From Candidatus Obscuribacterales bacterium (GTDB taxonomy: Bacteria > Cyanobacteriota > Vampirovibrionia > Obscuribacterales > Obscuribacteraceae), in NCBI GenBank assembly GCA_965228855.1, contig CBDDIJ010000003.1:832001-896000 (forward strand): a DNA stretch of 64,000 nucleotides, given 5' to 3'. Positions within the stretch are counted from its first letter, which is position 1. Each line of letters opens with the position of its first letter. Shown piece by piece: positions 58,880 through 64,000 of the stretch. A model generated the notes under the pieces. The model saw only the letters and a list, made by a program, of their open reading frames with translations, was not told the DNA's origin and ran no database searches. Made by a program: the position numbers and the translations under genes.

Positions 58880-59899
58880 CTAGTCCTGGTGGAGCGATTG
58901 CGATTCATCGCTCTTGAGGTTCGAAGATACTTCTGCAATAGGGTTGACAGTGGTGCGTGGTCGAACCGACGTTGCAAGCCAGTTGTTCATCACTTCGAAA
59001 ACCTCGTCGCTCGGCTTCTGGTGCTCGACAAGCAGATGTCCGCGGTTCTTTAGCACAACGAGTTCTGCTTTCTTCGTCGCCATCCTCGATACCATTTTGT
59101 GCAACTGGTTTGTCTTTTGGATTTTATCCTTTTTTCCTGCGACTATGAGAATCGGCATGGACTCGGGAAGTTGGTGAAGGTACTGCACGGTTCTGCGATT
59201 GGTGACCGCTGCTTTGATCAGATCTTCGACGCTCATTTCCTTGCAAGTATCTTCGTGTGCAAGACATTTTTTTACTAGCTGTTTATCTTCTGAGAGCGTC
59301 GGCTCCAGGTAGGGCACGATGTTCATGGGCGTCTTCGGGTGAGCCAGACCCTGGAAGAATGTTTTGACCCACAGCGGTCGAGGATGAACTGCGACTTTGT
59401 AAGAGATGCTGAACAACATTGCTCCGTCCAGAAGGTCTGGACAGGTCGAAGCTTCCCACAGGCAATAGTTTGCGCCCATGCTTTCGCCTAAACCGAAAAT
59501 CGGAACATCCGGATATTTTTCTCTGAGAGTCGAAAGCAGTTTTGATAGATCATCTTTGCTTTGAGTGAAGTGAAAGCGCTTATCGGCACCGAAGTTAGCG
59601 TTCGGCTTGAGCCATTCACCGAGCCCGCGAAGATCGATGGTGTAAACGTGGAAATTTTTCTCTGCGAAATGCTTTCCTAATTCCTCGTAGGCTTTGCCGC
59701 TGAAAACCAATCCTGGTACCGCAACTATTATGCCTTGCGGTTTTGAATCGGTATCTTTCACCCATCGGTGAACGGGCAAATTTAGCTCTTCTCCAATCGG
59801 GGCTCGCTCTTCGAACAGGCAATCCGCATGTGCTGGAGCGCCAAGACCGGCGACCAGAGCCACGATAGAGAATGCAGTTTTTAGTAAGCGTGAACTCAT
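58880..59899 (-). CDS. Exported alpha/beta hydrolase (lysophospholipase/monoglyceride lipase-like)
   Basis: DLRGLG, GESMG nucleophile elbow, GKKD, GHLL; signal ending AHA. Confidence 0.85.
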   Translation of the reverse strand: MSSRLLKTAFSIVALVAGLGAPAHADCLFEERAPIGEELNLPVHRWVKDTDSKPQGIIVAVPGLVFSGKAYEELGKHFAEKNFHVYTIDLRGLGEWLKPNANFGADKRFHFTQSKDDLSKLLSTLREKYPDVPIFGLGESMGANYCLWEASTCPDLLDGAMLFSISYKVAVHPRPLWVKTFFQGLAHPKTPMNIVPYLEPTLSEDKQLVKKCLAHEDTCKEMSVEDLIKAAVTNRRTVQYLHQLPESMPILIVAGKKDKIQKTNQLHKMVSRMATKKAELVVLKNRGHLLVEHQKPSDEVFEVMNNWLATSVRPRTTVNPIAEVSSNLKSDESQSLHQD

Positions 59900-60344
59900 T
59901 TAGGTTTCCTCGGACCAACAAAACCGGCAGCAAAAATTTGCTGCGCAATCGCTACATGAGTCTGGTGTAGCACCTGTTTTCGGTTCATTTGCCGCAATCC
60001 GAACTCGAGGTTTGGATTAGCGGGTAGTAAATAGCTTTTGGACCGCGGACATGATACCAAGATGTGGCGTTGTTTGCAGTAGTATCTTTACGGAAACTAT
60101 GATCACAACTCGATCACGAGCTGCATGAATGCTGACCATCGCCTGCTTTCGGGACACGAAATTTCAGCGCTTGGTTACTTGTGAATTTGAAACTATCTTA
60201 ACGAATCAATCGATATCGGAAATGCTCATGAATGGCTTGGCTTTCCGACTGTGCACGATTATTTAAAACGCCGGTGAGAAGACCCCGGAGATTTGCTAAG
60301 TACACCGAGCGTTCACTGCATCAAACCTTTTGCGGACGTGGCGA

Positions 60345-60734
60345 CTACTCTTGTAAAAGCCCGAGTTCTCGACGTTTCTTTTTCGACACTCCGGAGAGTA
60401 CGATGTCGTAGGATTCTTTCAAATATTTTTTCAGTTGTGCATCGTTGAGTCCGGGTTTATCGTAATGCTGAATCCACTTCAAGCCTCGTGATGCCAGATA
60501 CGGTGCCGGGCGAAGACCTGGCTGTTCTTGAAGGACTTCAAATGCCCAGGGGCTGACCTTGAACGTGTAGGACTCATGGTCGTTCTCCCAACCGCCGATT
60601 GCGAAAACCTTCTCTGCGACTTTCCATACGTGGCATCCGCCCCATTGCATCACGTAGGTGGTGCCGGGTAACGCTTTGCAGAATTTATTGAATTCCTTGT
60701 ATTTCATCTGACCTGTCCTGACTGTGCGACTCAT
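60345..60734 (-). CDS. MmcQ/YjbR family protein
   Basis: WGGCHVWKVAEKVFA, PAPYLASRGLKW, LKESYDIV. Confidence 0.85.
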   Translation of the reverse strand: MSRTVRTGQMKYKEFNKFCKALPGTTYVMQWGGCHVWKVAEKVFAIGGWENDHESYTFKVSPWAFEVLQEQPGLRPAPYLASRGLKWIQHYDKPGLNDAQLKKYLKESYDIVLSGVSKKKRRELGLLQE

Positions 60735-60740
60735 AGTCTA

Positions 60741-60920
60741 TCAAACGAATTCGGGGGATTTCTCTCCAGGATAGGCTTGCTTGCCTGATGCGTTTGCATC
60801 CCCTGATTTGTCTGCATTCGCTCGTGTGTTTGCATTCCATGGCGTGTTTGCCTCAGCTGGTGTGTCTGCATCCGATGGTGTGTCTGCATCCGATGGTGTG
60901 TCTGCATCCGCTGGTGCCAT
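60741..60920 (-). CDS. Putative 59-aa repeat microprotein
   Basis: ATG 60920: MAPADADTPSDADTPSDADTPAEANTPWNANTR...; stop 6 nt before the mmcQ start. Confidence 0.35.
   Translation of the reverse strand: MAPADADTPSDADTPSDADTPAEANTPWNANTRANADKSGDANASGKQAYPGEKSPEFV
60786..60911. repeat. Seven-unit 18-bp tandem repeat
   Basis: tggtgtgtctgcatccga at 60858 and 60876, one-mismatch copy at 60894, degenerate copies at 60840, 60822, 60804, 60786. Confidence 0.85.
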
Positions 60921-60978
60921 CTTTTCGGTATAAACAGTCCTGTATTCTTGATATACTCCCGTGGAAGTGGAGAAAAAA

Positions 60979-62493
60979 ATGAAAATGCATCGTAAAAAGA
61001 CCGCGAGAGAAGTTGACGTTGTTTTGATAGGCGCTGGCATTATGAGTGCCACGCTGGCTTCGTTCCTGAAGCATTTGGATCCTAAGTTGACCATCGAGGT
61101 TTACGAAAAGCTTGATAAGGTTGCCGAGGAGAGTTCCAACGCCTGGAATAATGCAGGGACAGGTCACGCGGCGCTGTGCGAGCTTAACTATACGCCTGAG
61201 AGAAACGGAAAAATCGATATCTCGAAGGCGCTGGAGGTCAATACCGAATTTGATATCTCGAGGCAATTCTGGTCTTATCTGGTATCGCAGGGAGAAATCA
61301 AAGATCCAAAATCGTTTATCTATCCGGTCCCGCACATGAGCTTTGTGCGAGGCGCGGAAGATGTTTCATTCCTGAAGAAACGGTTTGAGGCGCTCTCGGC
61401 GCACCACTTGTATCGCGGTATGGAATTCACGCAAGATAAGACTGATATCGAAGAGTGGATTCCACTTGTTATGGAAGGGCGAAATTTTAACGAGGATGTT
61501 GCCGCGACGCGCATGGCGACCGGCACCGACGTGAACTACGGTGCGCTTACGAAATTATTGTTTGAATCACTTGTGACGAAGGATGGTTTTGCCATTCACT
61601 TGTCTCAACGTGTGGTGGACCTTGATCGAGAGGGTGCCAAGTGGAAGGTACAACTGCGCCATGAAACATTTGGGGAGCGTCAGGATGTGCTCGCCAAGTT
61701 TGTATTTATCGGTGCCGGTGGTGGCGCGATCCCCTTACTTCATAAATCTGATATCCCGGAAGCAAGAGGCTTTGCCGGATTTCCGGTGAGTGGTTTGTGG
61801 CTTCGTTGTGATAATCCCGCGCATACTGCGCGTCATAATGCGAAAGTCTACGGGAAGGCTTCGATTGGATCGCCACCAATGTCGGTGCCTCATCTTGATA
61901 GTCGACACATAGATGGAAACATTTCGCTTCTCTTCGGACCATTTGCCGGCTTCTCGACAAAGTTTTTAAAGCATGGGTCTTATCTGGATCTGTTCACATC
62001 CGTGGACCCGGACAATATTCTGCCACTACTGGCGGTGGGGCGAGACAATATGACGCTGACCGAATATCTTGTCGGTCAGGTTCTTGAAACCGACCACGAG
62101 CGCTTTCTTGCGCTGCGAGAATTTTATCCGAATGCCAGACCGCGAGACTGGAGACTTGAGGTCGCCGGTCAGCGCGTTCAAATTGTGAAGCGAGATCTTG
62201 AGCACGGTGGAATTTTGCAATTTGGAACAGAGGTGGTGAGTTCCGCTGATGGAACACTTGCTTCTCTCCTGGGAGCTTCTCCGGGTGCATCAGTTGCGGC
62301 ATGGATTATGTTGCGCGTTCTGGAGACTTGTTTCAAAACTCAGATGAATGACGGCTGGTCGAAAAGGCTAGCCGAAATGATTCCGTCTTATGGCAAGTCT
62401 ATTGCGGACGATCCGGCGCTCTGCGATAGAATTCGCTCTGAAACTGCCGCTGCACTCGGTTTGGATCAAGCAGTGCCTGCGATGACCCATTGA
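60979..62493 (+). CDS. mqo: Malate:quinone oxidoreductase
   Basis: [60 protein letters not shown]. Confidence 0.96.
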   Translation: MKMHRKKTAREVDVVLIGAGIMSATLASFLKHLDPKLTIEVYEKLDKVAEESSNAWNNAGTGHAALCELNYTPERNGKIDISKALEVNTEFDISRQFWSYLVSQGEIKDPKSFIYPVPHMSFVRGAEDVSFLKKRFEALSAHHLYRGMEFTQDKTDIEEWIPLVMEGRNFNEDVAATRMATGTDVNYGALTKLLFESLVTKDGFAIHLSQRVVDLDREGAKWKVQLRHETFGERQDVLAKFVFIGAGGGAIPLLHKSDIPEARGFAGFPVSGLWLRCDNPAHTARHNAKVYGKASIGSPPMSVPHLDSRHIDGNISLLFGPFAGFSTKFLKHGSYLDLFTSVDPDNILPLLAVGRDNMTLTEYLVGQVLETDHERFLALREFYPNARPRDWRLEVAGQRVQIVKRDLEHGGILQFGTEVVSSADGTLASLLGASPGASVAAWIMLRVLETCFKTQMNDGWSKRLAEMIPSYGKSIADDPALCDRIRSETAAALGLDQAVPAMTH

Positions 62494-62594
62494 TATGGAC
62501 GACTTAGATCGTGCGTATCGACTCCTAGAAGACTGCTGCGTTAGAAACAAAACACGTTCACTTCTTATTCATTTCCGAGATGTATCATTAAATT

Positions 62595-63056
62595 ATGGGC
62601 TCTCGAAAAACACTCGTGTTCAAGTGCAGAATCGCGGCTTCGGCCGAGAAGGTTTTAAAATGGCATTTCTTGCCAGAAACAATCGATAAGCTCATCCCTC
62701 CTTGGGAGAACGTGGAGGTTGTTAAAGCTGCGACAGGTCCGGAGGACGGTCAACAAGCAATTTTTCGAATGCACTTGGGACCAAGTCATTTAGACTGGGT
62801 GGCAGAACATTGTAATTACATTGAAGGTCGGCAGTTCGCTGATAAGCAGCTGCGAGGACCATTTGCGTATTGGTTGCACACGCATATTTTTCACAAGCTT
62901 TCGGATAGTGAATGTGAACTGGAAGACCGCATTGAGTACGAGGTTCCATTGGCGCCACTGACGCAAATGTTTATAGGTGGATTTGTTCGTTCGAAAATCG
63001 AACGGATGTTCGCTTACCGACATAAGGTGACAAAAACCGAATGTGAAAAGCTGTAG
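62595..63056 (+). CDS. SRPBCC (START-like) family protein
   Basis: LIPPW, WVAEH, FADKQLRGPFAYWLHTH, LEDRIEY, RMFAYRH. Confidence 0.85.
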   Translation: MGSRKTLVFKCRIAASAEKVLKWHFLPETIDKLIPPWENVEVVKAATGPEDGQQAIFRMHLGPSHLDWVAEHCNYIEGRQFADKQLRGPFAYWLHTHIFHKLSDSECELEDRIEYEVPLAPLTQMFIGGFVRSKIERMFAYRHKVTKTECEKL

Positions 63057-63078
63057 ACCGCAGGACTCTGTGTAGGTC

Positions 63079-63630
63079 TCAGCCCTCGCTCTTTACGAGC
63101 TTTGACACATCAAATCCTTCGGCTTTGGCTTTATCCACCATGGCATCGTATATGGTGCTATCCATATTTTTGTCTCGTGAAAGAATCCACAGATACTTCC
63201 GTGATGGTTCACCCACCAGTGCGTGTCTATAATTTTCATCGACGGAGATGACCGTATAATTGGCCCAAACGAATGGTATGAAGCGAAGCATCTTAGGTGC
63301 GAACGTAACTCGTAACGTGACTTCGGGGTCGGTGGCGACGTTCGCTAAGCCTGTAGCGACCTCAATCTTTCCACCTTTCTGCTTGCAACTGTTTCTTACA
63401 ATGATTTGATTGGCGCTCGTGACTTCGTATTCCGCAGTCACATCGCTCTCGCATTTTCTCTCGAACCAGTTAGGGAACCTTGCTATTTCGTACCACTTGC
63501 CTGAATACTTCGAGAGATCGATGTCTTTTCTCGCTATGAGCTTTTTCAAAGCTGCGCGGCTAGGCTGAGCACAGGCCACTGCGAGCAGAGTAAGTGCAGT
63601 TACGGCTAGAATGATCTTAGTTACTTTCAT
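63079..63630 (-). CDS. blc: Lipocalin (Blc-like)
   Basis: DLSKYSGKWYEIARFPNWFE, YLWILSR, AKAEGFDVSKL. Confidence 0.9.
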   Translation of the reverse strand: MKVTKIILAVTALTLLAVACAQPSRAALKKLIARKDIDLSKYSGKWYEIARFPNWFERKCESDVTAEYEVTSANQIIVRNSCKQKGGKIEVATGLANVATDPEVTLRVTFAPKMLRFIPFVWANYTVISVDENYRHALVGEPSRKYLWILSRDKNMDSTIYDAMVDKAKAEGFDVSKLVKSEG

Positions 63631-63694
63631 GCATGCAATTATATACTTGATACGAAAGTCTGTCAGACGGTTGCGACTGGGTTCCGTCGCAAAT

Positions 63695-64000
63695 TTACCG
63701 GCTGAAGTAAAACCACAGAAGTGCAGCCGTAAAGACTATGCATGCCATGCCTATTGCCGCGCCATTATTTCCGTTCGGGTGCGGTCTCTCTGAAAGCTCT
63801 CGCTCGCAGGTGGCACCATCCATAGTGGCAGCCTCAGCGACCAAAATGTCATTTGAAAAGTGCCCAGCTGCTCTGTCTCTTGCCTGTCGTACTTGCTTCT
63901 TTGTATAAGCTCGTTCGACCTCTGATTCCAGCGAATCAAGTTTGTCTTCCAGCAATTTTATTTTGGCTCTAGTTTTCGCAAGCTGTTCGAGAATCGTCGC
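63695..64000 (-). CDS. Partial coiled-coil protein with C-terminal TM anchor
   Basis: Frame open from the window end (ATILEQLAKTRAKNKLLEDKLDSLE...) to the stop at 63695; terminal hydrophobic helix. Confidence 0.6.
   Translation of the reverse strand, partial: ATILEQLAKTRAKIKLLEDKLDSLESEVERAYTKKQVRQARDRAAGHFSNDILVAEAATMDGATCERELSERPHPNGNNGAAIGMACIVFTAALLWFYFSR

Noticed and set aside
60786..60911. CRISPR array
   Set aside because: Units are contiguous with no unique spacers and there are no cas genes in the window
1..64000. tRNA, rRNA, prophage, IS elements or defence systems
   Set aside because: None recognised by eye; a tRNAscan/Infernal/DefenseFinder run would be needed to exclude weak cases

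Overview
A 64-kb bacterial chromosome segment, densely coding, with no rRNA, tRNA, CRISPR array, integrase or transposase that I can recognise. Gene content (cyanobacterial-type acyltransferase and ABM protein, many signal-peptide/TPR hypotheticals, giant G/N/T-rich secreted proteins) suggests a non-photosynthetic cyanobacterial relative (Vampirovibrionia/Melainabacteria); this is inference only. Recognisable genes include dps, glpT, a czcBA-type RND pump, three tandem Hsp20 genes, a serine hydrolase, nitronate monooxygenase, an ArnT-like glycosyltransferase, serS, a TyrA-prephenate dehydratase fusion, a dapB-like gene, mqo and a lipocalin. Strongest finding: the serS leader (41541-41726) looks like a complete ribosome-dependent transcription attenuator. 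A sigma70-type promoter predicts +1 on the ATG of a 14-aa ORF (MNKAAHRNSSSSSP, five consecutive Ser codons), which is followed by mutually exclusive antiterminator and terminator hairpins. Other notable items: two paralogous giant secreted proteins with shared unnamed domains and no visible secretion partner, an Hsp20 with an apparent signal peptide, a divergent pair of paralogous 4-His membrane proteins, an ACT-less TyrA-PDT fusion, a bacterial calpain-like protease and an 18-bp tandem repeat encoding a microprotein.
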